33,320 nt of DNA, taken from the IMG/VR virus record IMGVR_UViG_3300005764_000051, positions 1 through 33,320 of that record, one strand, 5' to 3'. This DNA is from a virus (taxonomy: Duplodnaviria > Caudoviricetes). Under the pieces are notes generated by a model, which did not search any database, was not told the origin of the DNA, and worked only from the letters and a program-made list of their open reading frames with translations. A program made the position numbers and the translations under genes. Below are positions 8,875 to 18,913 of the stretch, one piece after another (the stretch's first letter is position 1; every line of letters starts with the position of its first letter).

Positions 8875-9743
8875 AGCAACCCGTCGAAACGATGGGCGGC
8901 TTCCGACCTCCGGCTCCGGCTCCGCGCTCCGGCGCGGCGGGCGGCGCGCGTCCTGGCGGCGCATCCGTCGGCGCGGGCGCGACCGGCGGCGGAGCTCCTC
9001 CGCACGTCGAGACGCAAACGACGGCGATGGACGGTGAGACTGGCATCCCGGCGTTCGGCACGCAAATCCAGGTGCTCGCGTCGGCGTCGCCGGAATCGTG
9101 GGCGACCATCGCGGGCGTAGGCGATATCACCGGACCGAATACCAACGTCGCCGAACAGGAGACGACCTCGCACTCGACCGGCTCTCCGCATCGGACGTTC
9201 ATCCCGACGCTCATCGACGACGGCGAGCTCTCGTTTCCGAATTTCTGGATTCCCTCGGACCCGACGCAATCCATCGACTCGACCTACGGGCTCGATTACC
9301 TTTTCCAGAACCGGCTCATTACCAAGTTCCGGCTCATCAATACCGATGCCGGACACCGGACCCGCGAGTTTAAGGCGTTCGTTAAGCAAATCGGCGAGGC
9401 GTACCCGGTACAGGGCGTCTGTACGCGCAACGTGGCGCTCCGCATCACGAGCGTACCCAAGCAAACCGCGAGTCCCATTGCAATGACTCCGGCGAGCGCG
9501 TCTCCGACCGCGGCGGGCGGAGCGGCTACGTTCGACGTGGCGACCGGCGGCGCTATCTCCGCGGAGTGGACTCCGGTCTCGGACTCCTCCTGGCTCCAGG
9601 TGACCGACGCGACGCCGCAAACCGGCGATGGGACGGTCGATTACAACGTCGATGTGAACGCGACCGGCAACCCGGCGCGTACCGGGCGCATTATGATTGC
9701 GGCGCTCGGGCTCACGTTCGTAGTGAATCAGGCGGCGGGATAA
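8856..9743 (+). CDS. Major tail tube protein with C-terminal BACON-like domain
   Basis: Tube motifs 'DITGP', 'ETTSHS', 'FIPTLIDDGELSF'; C-terminal 'WTPVSDSSWLQVT...GDGTVDYNV..N....RTGRI.I....FVVNQ'. Confidence 0.88.
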   Translation: MEQALLEQPVETMGGFRPPAPAPRSGAAGGARPGGASVGAGATGGGAPPHVETQTTAMDGETGIPAFGTQIQVLASASPESWATIAGVGDITGPNTNVAEQETTSHSTGSPHRTFIPTLIDDGELSFPNFWIPSDPTQSIDSTYGLDYLFQNRLITKFRLINTDAGHRTREFKAFVKQIGEAYPVQGVCTRNVALRITSVPKQTASPIAMTPASASPTAAGGAATFDVATGGAISAEWTPVSDSSWLQVTDATPQTGDGTVDYNVDVNATGNPARTGRIMIAALGLTFVVNQAAG

Positions 9744-9749
9744 ACCGCT

Positions 9750-10154
9750 ATGACGATTCCCGAACCCGGCGAGCCGATTCTCGTCGAAATCGCGGGCGAG
9801 ATGTTCGAGCTCAAGTACCCGATGCGCGTACTCCGCGAGATGGACGCCGAATACGGTATCAATTTCTTCAAGGGCGCGGACCATCTTACGAGTCCGGCGC
9901 GGCTCTCGATTCTCCTGTATTTCGGGCTTAAGACCCGGCGGAACGATATCACGCTCGAATGGGTCGAGGAGAACGTCGAGGCGCGCGCGCTCCCGGCTAT
10001 CATGCCGATTCTCGTCTATGCGACGACCGGCAAGGTAATGGAGGAGCGACCGGCAAACCCTCCGCCGCTCGCGGTGAGCGGTATAACTGGCTCACACTCT
10101 GGGCAACCGCAAGGTACGACCTCGGAGTTAGTGAGTCCGAATTCTGGGAGTTAA
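9750..10154 (+). CDS. Tail assembly chaperone (gpG-like)
   Basis: Between tail tube and tape measure genes; contains slippery heptamer. Confidence 0.8.
   Translation: MTIPEPGEPILVEIAGEMFELKYPMRVLREMDAEYGINFFKGADHLTSPARLSILLYFGLKTRRNDITLEWVEENVEARALPAIMPILVYATTGKVMEERPANPPPLAVSGITGSHSGQPQGTTSELVSPNSGS
10055..10061 (+). other. Programmed -1 ribosomal frameshift site A AAC CCT
   Basis: X XXY YYZ heptamer in correct phase (GCA AAC CCT); the -1 frame is open to 10465. Confidence 0.7.
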
Positions 10155-10465
10155 CCCTCCAAGAGTTCGACGCACTTCGCGAGCGCGACCGGCTCCAACG
10201 CGATTTTCTGGAGTATTGCGGCGCGCTCGCTCCGTGGAGTGTGTTCAATACGAACCGCGGAAAGGGCGTCCCATTCATGCAGATTTGGGATTTCTGTTTG
10301 ATGCAACGGGCGCGCGAGGTCGTCGCGGCGGGCGCTCCGGCGGCTCCTCCGGCTCCTCCTCCGATGCGGTTCGCGCGACCGGGCGAACGTCCTCCGTCGC
10401 GGTTCCGGCGCGGCGAGGACCGGGTTATCGAGCAATTCGACGCGTGGTCGCGGCGGCGGCGATGA
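10055..10465 (+). CDS. gpT-like chaperone extension, expressed as gpGT fusion by frameshift
   Basis: -1 frame encodes 'LWATARYDLGVSESEFWELTLQEFDAL', typical of gpT segments; no good start of its own. Confidence 0.75.
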   Translation, partial: KPSAARGERYNWLTLWATARYDLGVSESEFWELTLQEFDALRERDRLQRDFLEYCGALAPWSVFNTNRGKGVPFMQIWDFCLMQRAREVVAAGAPAAPPAPPPMRFARPGERPPSRFRRGEDRVIEQFDAWSRRRR

Positions 10466-10473
10466 GGTGATCT

Positions 10474-13400
10474 ATGGCCGGTGATGCGGGCGAGCTAAAA
10501 GCAACTCTAAGCCTCGAAAATAAACAGTTCCTCGACGCCATGAAAGGCGTTCAGGACGCCGTCGATAAGGGGACCTCGGGCATCTCCGCGCAGTTCGAGG
10601 CGATAGGCGGAACCATCGAGAAAATCGGCGGCGCGCTCGCGTCCATCGGCATCGGCGCATCCATCGCGAAATTCGGCGAGGAGTGTCTCGCCGCGGCCAA
10701 CAAAACAGACAAGCTCTACGCGAGTTTTAAGGCGCTCAACGGCGCGACGGAGGAGACGCAAAAAGTATTCGAGGACATTTCCGGTCTCGAACTGAAAAGC
10801 ATGTTCGATTTCGAGGACGTCTTAGGACCCGCGGCGAAGAACATGATGATGCTCGGGACCTCCGCGACGCAAACCGCGGAGACCATGAAAGCGGTCGTCG
10901 ATGCGGCGTCCGGCATGAAGCAAGGTCCGGAGTGGATTACCGCGGTGTCGGATGCTATCGCGACCATGTCCTCGCATGTGGTCGCCTCCGGCAAGGATAT
11001 CAAGGCGCTGCAAAAGGACGGCATCGACGCGTACGGCGCGCTCGCGCGACAGATGGGTCTGTCGATGGACGAGGCGCAGGAGCAAATCAAAAAGGGAATG
11101 CTCACGTCCGCACAGGTCGCCGATGCGGTGACTAAGGACCTCGCGGACCAGTGGGGCGGCGCGGCGGAAAAGTCGATGAATAGCTGGAAGGGCGCATCGC
11201 ATATCCTCGATGAGTCCGTCGAGGACGCGATGGCGGCGGTCGGGCGCTCGATCCGCGGCGTCCTCGACGAGGTCGCGCCGATTGTTAAGTCAATCGCCGA
11301 CGGCGTCGAAACCCTCGCGAAAAAATGGGAGACGCTACCGGGTCCGGTCAAGGACGTCGCTATCGCAATACCCGCGGTCGTCGCCGGTTTCGTCGCGGTC
11401 TCCGGCGCGGTGACGGCGTTCGGCGTCGCGCTCGGCGCTATCACGTTCAACCCAGTGATTCTCGGGATTACCGCGCTCGTCGCGGCGCTCGCGCTCATCG
11501 GCAAGTGGACCTATGAGAATTGGCCTGCAATCAAAGCGGTATTTGCGGAGGCGGTCGATTACCTCTCGACGGTGTTCTCGCCGCTCGTGAAGATTTGGTC
11601 GGCGGAATGGAGCGCGATAAAGGCGGTCGTCGGCGCGGTGTGGGACGGGATTAAGGCGTTCGCCTCCGATATCATCACCGCGGTCGGAAACGTGATCGGG
11701 TTCGTCTCCGGCATCGCCTCCAAGATTCCCGGCGTGAGCTCGGAGTTTTCAAAGCTCGGCGCGATTTGGGACGAGCAACAGAAAAAGATGGCGGACGCCG
11801 CGGCGGCGGACAAGCAACGGCAAGCGGACCAGGACGCGGCGGCGGCGGCGACGCGCAACCGGCTACACGAGGAGCAATCCGCGGAGGCGGAGGCGCTCGC
11901 CGCATCGAACCGCGCAAAGGACGCGGCGGCGGAGGCGAAAAAAGCAAAGGAGGAGGAGGCAAAGGCGGCTAAGGAGGCGGCGGACTCGCAGAAAAAATAC
12001 AACGAGGACGTCCGCGCCGGATACGAGGCGCTCAAGACGGTCGCGCCGGACGTGGCGGCTCAGTTCGCCGATGCGATGGGCGGCATCACGGACGATACCT
12101 CGAAAATCGCGAAAGCGTTCGGGCTCGCGTGGGACCTCATGTCGGACGACCAGAAAAAATTGGCGACCGACACCGTCAACCTCGGCGAGGCGTTCAAGAC
12201 CTTGGGCGTCACGAGCACGGCGTCGCTCCAGAACGCGGCGGACGCGGCGGACAAGGCGTTCGCGACTATCTCCGCATCCGGCAAGGCGACCGCGCAGGAT
12301 ATCGAGGACGCGGCCAAAAAACAGGAGGACGCGCATCAAAAGCTAGCCGATTTTTTGAACCAGGACGCTATCGCCGCGGTTCACGCGTTCGGCATGAAAA
12401 CGGAGGAGGAGCTCACCAAATCTCAGGACCAGTGGCAAGCGTACGCCGACAAGGTCGCGGAGGTTTTCGGGACGGACTCGAAACAGGCGCTAGAGGCACA
12501 GGTCAAAGTAATCGAGGAGCAACGCAAGGCGCTCCAGGCATCCGGCAAGGACCTAACGGACGACGAGCTCGAACGGCTCGCCTCGCTGAAACAGGCGGTC
12601 GCCGATGCCGTGGACCCGGTGACCCGGCTCGCGAACGCGTTCAAGGCGCTCGGCGTCACGTCGCTACAGCAACAGATCGACCATATCAAAACGCTCGCGC
12701 AAGAGATGGCGAAAGCGGAACAGATCACCGGCAAAACCGCGGAAACCGATATCGACCTGTACAACGCGCAAAAGCAACTCACCAAAGCGACGGAGGAGCA
12801 CGTACAGACGCTCTCGACCAAATGGAAGGACGCATACGAGCAAGGAAAAATCTCCGCGGTCGAGATGTACCGGCAAACGTATCAGGAGGCGGTGAAGTAT
12901 TACCAGCAACTCATCACGAGCGGCGAGGAGGGACCGGAGGCGGCGAAAAAGACGGACGCGGCGCTCAAGGTCGTACAACAGACGCTCCACGATTTGCAGG
13001 TAGTGACGCTCAAGGAGACCAACGACGCCTTTCATGCTCTCGGCGTGAATTCGCAAACCGAATTCGAGAACATGCGGAAAAAGGCGGACGAGGAATTCCA
13101 GCGCATCGCGACCTCCGGCGACGCAAATGCGTTCGTAGTTCAGGAGGCATGGGTCAATAAAACTCAGGCGGCGTATCAGGACATCCTGAAGCAAGGCGGG
13201 CAACTCACACAGGACCAGAAATCGGAGCTCGACCGGCAAAAGCAACAGGTACAGGACCATCTCGACCAGCTACCCTCGCAGTGGAAAACCGCGTACGACG
13301 GCGTCAAGGCCGCGGTGGGCGGCGCGGTCGATGACATGATAGGCAAGCTCGTTAAGGGGGATTTCTCGTTCGGCGACACCGCGAAAAAAATGTTGGAGGA

Positions 13401-14181
13401 TATCGGCTCGACGGCGCTCCATACGTTCATCGACCCGTTCAAGGACGCGGTGAGCAAGTTTGTCGCGAACGAGCTCGCGGACCTCCTCTCCGGAAAAGGT
13501 CTCGGCGGCGTCCTCGATGGACTGAAGAGTATCGGCTCGGCGGTGACCGGCATTTTCGGCGGCGGCGGAGGCGGAGTCGGCGGCATAGCGGGCGCGGCGG
13601 GCTCCATACCTGGAGTCGGCGGCGGCGGCGGCGGAGCGATGGGCGGCATAGCGGGCGCGGCGGGCTCAAGCATTACCGGCATCGTCGGCGCGGTCGGGTC
13701 CATCGGCACGATGGTCTCGTCCATCATCGGCAATTTTCAGCAAGCCAAGATGGAAACCACGATGAACGCCGTCGAGCATAATACGCGGTACTCGGCGCTC
13801 TATCTCGGCGACCGGGCGGACGGCGGCATCCTCGGCGTCCTGTTCAAAATCGACGAGGAGATAGCGTGGGGCGCGAACACCAAAGCGGTCGAAAACCTCC
13901 GCGACCTGTTCAAGGATTGGTCCGGTCCGATGCTCTCGAAAACCTCCGGCATTTATGACCAAGTCATCGGGCAGGGTCCGTATATCGTCGATATCAAAAC
14001 CGCGGTTCAGGAGCTCGACGCGGTCGCGCAATCCATCGCGCAATCGGCGACGGACCCGGCGGCGCGCGGCATCAACGTATCGGTAAACGCGACCGGCGTA
14101 ACCCCGGAGACGGCCAAGGTGCTCGGCGACCAAATCGCCAATAACATCGCGAAACAGATGGTCGGGTCCTCGATGCGATGA
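10474..14181 (+). CDS. Tail tape measure protein
   Basis: 1235 aa, Ala-rich helical, N-terminal tape-measure domain, hydrophobic segment, W-spaced repeats, recurring 'AF(K/H)(T/A)LGV(T/N)S' motif. Confidence 0.95.
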   Translation: MAGDAGELKATLSLENKQFLDAMKGVQDAVDKGTSGISAQFEAIGGTIEKIGGALASIGIGASIAKFGEECLAAANKTDKLYASFKALNGATEETQKVFEDISGLELKSMFDFEDVLGPAAKNMMMLGTSATQTAETMKAVVDAASGMKQGPEWITAVSDAIATMSSHVVASGKDIKALQKDGIDAYGALARQMGLSMDEAQEQIKKGMLTSAQVADAVTKDLADQWGGAAEKSMNSWKGASHILDESVEDAMAAVGRSIRGVLDEVAPIVKSIADGVETLAKKWETLPGPVKDVAIAIPAVVAGFVAVSGAVTAFGVALGAITFNPVILGITALVAALALIGKWTYENWPAIKAVFAEAVDYLSTVFSPLVKIWSAEWSAIKAVVGAVWDGIKAFASDIITAVGNVIGFVSGIASKIPGVSSEFSKLGAIWDEQQKKMADAAAADKQRQADQDAAAAATRNRLHEEQSAEAEALAASNRAKDAAAEAKKAKEEEAKAAKEAADSQKKYNEDVRAGYEALKTVAPDVAAQFADAMGGITDDTSKIAKAFGLAWDLMSDDQKKLATDTVNLGEAFKTLGVTSTASLQNAADAADKAFATISASGKATAQDIEDAAKKQEDAHQKLADFLNQDAIAAVHAFGMKTEEELTKSQDQWQAYADKVAEVFGTDSKQALEAQVKVIEEQRKALQASGKDLTDDELERLASLKQAVADAVDPVTRLANAFKALGVTSLQQQIDHIKTLAQEMAKAEQITGKTAETDIDLYNAQKQLTKATEEHVQTLSTKWKDAYEQGKISAVEMYRQTYQEAVKYYQQLITSGEEGPEAAKKTDAALKVVQQTLHDLQVVTLKETNDAFHALGVNSQTEFENMRKKADEEFQRIATSGDANAFVVQEAWVNKTQAAYQDILKQGGQLTQDQKSELDRQKQQVQDHLDQLPSQWKTAYDGVKAAVGGAVDDMIGKLVKGDFSFGDTAKKMLEDIGSTALHTFIDPFKDAVSKFVANELADLLSGKGLGGVLDGLKSIGSAVTGIFGGGGGGVGGIAGAAGSIPGVGGGGGGAMGGIAGAAGSSITGIVGAVGSIGTMVSSIIGNFQQAKMETTMNAVEHNTRYSALYLGDRADGGILGVLFKIDEEIAWGANTKAVENLRDLFKDWSGPMLSKTSGIYDQVIGQGPYIVDIKTAVQELDAVAQSIAQSATDPAARGINVSVNATGVTPETAKVLGDQIANNIAKQMVGSSMR

Positions 14182-16637
14182 ACGCGGAGATACTCATTAA
14201 CGGCGTCGATGCGACGGACCTCGCGCTCCTCGAACAGACGCGCATCTCTTACGACTCCTCGCGCAACATTGCGACCGCGACCGTAGCGTTTATCGGCGAG
14301 AGTCCCGGCTCCGCGGCGCGGTACGACGAGGCGCGGTACGACGAGGACCATTATTCCCTCGGGCTCGCGGAGCTCCAGGTCGTTACCATCCGCGACGGGC
14401 GCGACCATCGGACGAAACTGTTCGAGGGGCAGATATACGGGCTCGACCTAAAGCAATCCGACGCGGCGGATACGCCGGTCCTGTGGGTTTGCGACCTCAA
14501 CGACTACGGCTCCTGGCTCGACCGTTCCATCGCGTGGGACGATACGTTCGCCGTCCCGATGCCGACGAGCGACCAGACGCTCATCGTCGCGCTCGTCGGA
14601 AAATTCTGTCCGCAGATTTCGACGGCTCACGTCGGGTCCATTCTCCCGGTAATCCTCAACGCGGAGTGGAAGGGGAAAACGCTCCGGCAGGTGCTCGACG
14701 ACACCGCGGCGCTCTCGGGCGGTGTATGGTGGGTCGATTTCGACGGTCAGCTATGGTACGGCGCGGCGGAGGACGCTCCGGCAGCTCCGTACGGGCTCTC
14801 GACGTCTCCCGACTATGCGGCGACGTTCCCGGTCCGTGTCGATGGGTACAAGCGCGATTTCAGTAACCCGGTGAATCATGCCTACATCCGCGGTGGGCAA
14901 AACGGGAGCGGCATCCTGGCGGAGGCGGATTACAAGGACCCGGTGAGCATCGAGCAATACGGCGAGTACTCCTATTTCGAGCAAAACGACCAGATCACGG
15001 AGACATACGACGCGGAGCTCAAGGCGAAAACGGCCGTCCTCCAGTACGCGTATCCGGTCGAGCAAGGGAGTTTCACCGTTTGGACCGACGATTTAAAGCT
15101 CGGGCAACGCGTCCAGATTCAGGAGGACGCGCTCGGCATCGACGGCGCGTACATCATCCGGTCGCTCAACCTCACATGGAAATCCAAGGAGCTCGTCGAG
15201 TATCAGGCGAATTTCGGAGCGGCGCAACCGGACCTCGTAACTTATCTCCGGCTCATCGACCAACGCGCGCGATGGAAAAGCGCAAATCAGGGGACGAAAC
15301 CCGGACCTCCGGCTCCCGGCTCCGTCACGGACGCGAGCATCGCATCCGGCGGGCTCTCGGCGCAAAGCATCGGCTCGGTCGCCGCGGGCGCAATCGTGGG
15401 GCAACTCTCCGCCGGTCAGATCGACACGGTCTCCGCAAATTCCATCCGCGGGTTTATCGAGGCGGGTCAAATCGGCACGGTAAACGCGACCAGCATACAA
15501 GGCGTCGTCGTCTCCGACCAGCTAGCCAACGGCATCATCGACGACCTCTCCAAGTACGCCGACGCGCTCCGTCCGATTCCGATACTCGACGCGTTCCCGG
15601 CGCTCCCGGCGGACAACTACCCTCCGAATTCGTTTTTCTTCAACAACGCGACCGGGCATTTCTACCAAGTGGCGGCGTCCGGCACGAGCTATACGGACGC
15701 GGGCACGGACCCGAACACGCTCACGGGAGCAATGAAGTTTTATCAGGTCGGCAAGGTCGCGGCGCAAAACATCACCGGGTTGATTCTCGCGGCGCAAATC
15801 GGCTCGATTACCGCGGGACAGATCACGGGCGCGATTCAGGCGGCGCAAATCGGCGCAGTGAACGCCTCGACGATTCAAGGCAAGGTAAGCGCGACGCAAA
15901 TAGATACGATTACGGCGAATCAGATCAGTACCGCGATTCAGGCGGGACAGATCGGGTCGATCAACGGCGCGGTTATCAACGTGGGAACCGTCGGCGACTC
16001 CGCCATCGCGGCGATTTCGGGCGGCAAGATTACCGCGGGCTCGGTCTCCTCCGACAAACTCAACGCGTACTCTATCGACGTCGGCGGCGGGTCGAGCGCG
16101 AAACCGGCGCGGCTCAACGTGTACGACAGTGGAAACTCGCTCATCGCGCAACTCGGATACCTCGACGCCTCCGGCAACTATGGCGGATGGTTCAAGGTTT
16201 TCGGCGCGGGCGGGACGAGTTATACAAACGCCGTAATCAAATCGGACGTCTCCGGCAACCTCACGATTACGAACGCGAGTTTCTCGATTACGGCGTCCGG
16301 CTACACTCTGACGACGACGCCGACGACGTTCGACGCATCGTACGGGTCGCTCGCGCTCCAGATTACGAGCGGCTCGGATAAGGCATCGCACGTTTCGCGC
16401 GGCATGGTGATTTACAACGGCTCGACCGTCATCGGCGCGCTCGTCCGCGACCCGAATAACGCGAATAATTGCCAATTGGCGCTCGGCGGGACGAACGTTC
16501 TATGCGACGGCAACAGCGGTTACGTGCGGGTCAGCAATTACTTTTCGGTCGCCGGTAACATCGGCGTTTCGACCGGCGGGCTCGTGACGGTTAGCCGACT
16601 AAACATCATGGGCGGCATCGTCATCGGGTGGGGATAG
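14178..16637 (+). CDS. Tail tip/hub protein fused to a repeat-rich fibre or spike region
   Basis: N-terminal hub-like region ('WWVDFDGQLWY'), then ~10-residue 'I.AGQIG.V.A' repeats and a beta-rich C-terminus. Confidence 0.8.
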   Translation: MNAEILINGVDATDLALLEQTRISYDSSRNIATATVAFIGESPGSAARYDEARYDEDHYSLGLAELQVVTIRDGRDHRTKLFEGQIYGLDLKQSDAADTPVLWVCDLNDYGSWLDRSIAWDDTFAVPMPTSDQTLIVALVGKFCPQISTAHVGSILPVILNAEWKGKTLRQVLDDTAALSGGVWWVDFDGQLWYGAAEDAPAAPYGLSTSPDYAATFPVRVDGYKRDFSNPVNHAYIRGGQNGSGILAEADYKDPVSIEQYGEYSYFEQNDQITETYDAELKAKTAVLQYAYPVEQGSFTVWTDDLKLGQRVQIQEDALGIDGAYIIRSLNLTWKSKELVEYQANFGAAQPDLVTYLRLIDQRARWKSANQGTKPGPPAPGSVTDASIASGGLSAQSIGSVAAGAIVGQLSAGQIDTVSANSIRGFIEAGQIGTVNATSIQGVVVSDQLANGIIDDLSKYADALRPIPILDAFPALPADNYPPNSFFFNNATGHFYQVAASGTSYTDAGTDPNTLTGAMKFYQVGKVAAQNITGLILAAQIGSITAGQITGAIQAAQIGAVNASTIQGKVSATQIDTITANQISTAIQAGQIGSINGAVINVGTVGDSAIAAISGGKITAGSVSSDKLNAYSIDVGGGSSAKPARLNVYDSGNSLIAQLGYLDASGNYGGWFKVFGAGGTSYTNAVIKSDVSGNLTITNASFSITASGYTLTTTPTTFDASYGSLALQITSGSDKASHVSRGMVIYNGSTVIGALVRDPNNANNCQLALGGTNVLCDGNSGYVRVSNYFSVAGNIGVSTGGLVTVSRLNIMGGIVIGWG

Positions 16638-16645
16638 GAGGACTC

Positions 16646-16909
16646 ATGGAAGAACCGAACGGCAACGGCGCGGCGGCGGAGGTCGAGAATTTTCCGCTCG
16701 ACGAGGCGCTCATCAGTTTTCTGGAGGACGTCGAAAAGGCGCGAGTCGAGCTCGAACAGAAGGTACAGCTACTCGCGGCGCAACGGCAAGGCGCGCTCGT
16801 CCTGTTCATCCGGCAACACAAGCTCTCGGGCGATTGGCGGGTCGCGGAGAACGGGAAAGAGCTCGTGCGACCGGCTCCGGCTCCGGCTCCCGGTCCGGAA
16901 AAAGCATAG
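16646..16909 (+). CDS. Small coiled-coil protein, possible tail fibre chaperone
   Basis: AGGAGG RBS, ATG 16646; position between two tail genes. Confidence 0.7.
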   Translation: MEEPNGNGAAAEVENFPLDEALISFLEDVEKARVELEQKVQLLAAQRQGALVLFIRQHKLSGDWRVAENGKELVRPAPAPAPGPEKA

Positions 16910-16918
16910 GAGGTCCCG

Positions 16919-18607
16919 ATGCAAAAAAAAGGCGCTCCGCAACCGCAAGCGTCCGTAAATTGGCCGGTCGTCCCGACGATTCCTCCGGCGGTCTCCGCGG
17001 GCGCGGTAATCACCGCGGCGCATACTAACGCGGTCGTACAGACGCTCTCCGACCTGTGGACCGATTTACAGGCGGCGGCGGCGGTTTCGGTGGGCGACCC
17101 GACGACCACAAAGGGCGACCTCATCGTCCGCGGCGCGTCTACGCTCGGCGCGCTCGCGGTGGGCACTCCGGGTCAAACCCTCGTCGCCGATGCGGCTCAG
17201 GCGCTCGGGATGCGATGGGCGACCGTCTCGGCGGCGAGTCTCGGCGCGGTTCCAGCGACCCGGCAGGTTATCGCGGGCGCGGGCATGTCCGGCGGCGGCG
17301 ACCTGTCGGCGGACCGGACGCTAACCGCGAACGTGCAAACCGTTTTCGGGCGGACCGGAAACGTCGCTCTCACCGCGGCGGATATCTCCGCGGGCGGCGG
17401 CGTCCCGGCGACCCGGCACGTCAATAGCGGAACCGGGCTCTCGGGCGGCGGCGACCTGTCCGCGGATCTGACGCTCGCGGTCGTCGATGATACGACGACG
17501 CAACGGGTCCGCATCTCAAACGGAGGCACGCTCGTCGCGGCGCGGCGCGAGGTCAATTTCATTGCGGGTACGAACATTACGCTCGTAACCGCGGACGAGA
17601 GCGCAAATAACCGCGTGAGCGTGACTATCTCCGCGGGCGGAGGCGGCGGCGGCATGACCGACCCGACGACGCAAACGGGGGACCTCATCGTTCACTACTC
17701 GACCGGGACAACGCGGCTCGGCACGGGCGGCGGGCCGAATGACGGCAAGGTTCTAACCGCGGATTCGTCGGTATCGGCGGGCGTCCGGTGGGCGGCTCCG
17801 ACCGGCGGGATGACGGACCCGACGACCACAAAGGGAGACCTCATCGTCCGCGGCTCGGTAACGTCGCGGCTCCCGGTGGGCACGGACGGGCAGATACTCC
17901 AGGCGGACTCGACGCAATCACTCGGAGTAAAGTGGGCGGCGGCGTTCAGCGGCTACTGGACCGGGGGCTCCGGCGGCACGATCTATTACAACGGCGGCTC
18001 GGTCGGCATAGGAACAACGAACCCTCTGGCGCTCTTTCATATACATGGAGGTGTCAACGAAAATCTGTTATTGGCTGGAATGGATTGGGCGACGACGGGC
18101 GCGGTCGGGCTCAATGCGGCGAACGATGCGAATAACCTGAACATTCCTATGGCGTTTTGCGCATCGAAATTTTATTTTCTCGGCGGCGGCGTCGGAATCG
18201 GTGTTGCGACTCCGGGTTATTTGCTCGACGTGAACGGCGACATAAACATCGCATCCGGCAAGTTCTACCGCATCGGCGGCGCGGCGGTGCTCGGCGGCGG
18301 TCCTGGCAGCTACGTGAGCATTCTCGGCTCGCGTGGAGTTAACGGACCCATTTATCAGAATCCAGCGGCATCGACGCCGCGCGTCGTCATCATCAACATG
18401 AACGGGAGCACGGGCGCGCAATCAACGGCCACGGTCTATTGCGACACGCAATCGTCGCCGACGACAGTTTTGCAGGCTTACTCCATGCCATTGGTCGCAG
18501 GGGCTAGTTTCAGCTACGTAGTTCAGTTCACGGTTCCACCCGGTTATTACTACAAAGTCAACGCTGCCTCCGTTGTCAGTATCGCTAGCTGGTACGAAGG
18601 CAACTAA
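16919..18607 (+). CDS. Tail fibre / receptor-binding protein
   Basis: AGGAGG RBS; Gly/Thr-rich; three 'DPTT(T/Q)(K/T)GDLIV' repeats, two 'GGGDLSAD.TL' repeats, two 'VGIG..(N/T)P' repeats; C-terminal 'VPPGYYYKV' domain. Confidence 0.88.
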   Translation: MQKKGAPQPQASVNWPVVPTIPPAVSAGAVITAAHTNAVVQTLSDLWTDLQAAAAVSVGDPTTTKGDLIVRGASTLGALAVGTPGQTLVADAAQALGMRWATVSAASLGAVPATRQVIAGAGMSGGGDLSADRTLTANVQTVFGRTGNVALTAADISAGGGVPATRHVNSGTGLSGGGDLSADLTLAVVDDTTTQRVRISNGGTLVAARREVNFIAGTNITLVTADESANNRVSVTISAGGGGGGMTDPTTQTGDLIVHYSTGTTRLGTGGGPNDGKVLTADSSVSAGVRWAAPTGGMTDPTTTKGDLIVRGSVTSRLPVGTDGQILQADSTQSLGVKWAAAFSGYWTGGSGGTIYYNGGSVGIGTTNPLALFHIHGGVNENLLLAGMDWATTGAVGLNAANDANNLNIPMAFCASKFYFLGGGVGIGVATPGYLLDVNGDINIASGKFYRIGGAAVLGGGPGSYVSILGSRGVNGPIYQNPAASTPRVVIINMNGSTGAQSTATVYCDTQSSPTTVLQAYSMPLVAGASFSYVVQFTVPPGYYYKVNAASVVSIASWYEGN

Positions 18608-18619
18608 GGGAGAAAAAAT

Positions 18620-18913
18620 ATGGCACTCTCATACCAGGAAAGCGGCGACCTCATGACGGACATCCCGTTCCGTCAACGCGTCAAGGTCGCATGTCTGCAT
18701 TTCGCGGAGTACATCCTCGACGAGTCGGCGGCGACCGCGGCGCATAATACGCGGTTCCGATGGGCACAGGGCGCGATGGCGGACCCGGATGGAACCGCGT
18801 CGCGCGTACAGTCCGCCGTCGTCATGGACCCGCAAGTACAGACTGACGGTTCGGCAATCACTGATCAGAATTTGCAAGCCTCCGTCGAGACGGCAATCCA
18901 GAAAATGCTATAG
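18620..18913 (+). CDS. Hypothetical protein after tail fibre (possible fibre accessory)
   Basis: AAGGGAG RBS; 97-aa ORF with phage-like codon usage. Confidence 0.75.
   Translation: MALSYQESGDLMTDIPFRQRVKVACLHFAEYILDESAATAAHNTRFRWAQGAMADPDGTASRVQSAVVMDPQVQTDGSAITDQNLQASVETAIQKML

Noticed and set aside
13560-13670. Duplicated GGCGGCATAGCGGGCGCGGCGGGCTC and GGC runs in the tape measure gene
   Set aside because: In-frame Gly-rich peptide repeat (GGIAGAAGS) with 3-nt period; not CRISPR and not a pentamer array
16923-16930. A8 run at the start of the tail fibre gene as a phase-variation switch
   Set aside because: Short, in frame (Q-K-K), and A-rich 5' ends are common for translation initiation; no variant evidence available
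17095-17855. Near-identical ~40-bp repeats in the fibre gene as a DGR template/variable pair or CRISPR repeats
   Set aside because: They encode DPTTTKGDLIVRG protein repeats, are not at the C-terminus, are irregularly spaced, and no reverse transcriptase or cas gene is present
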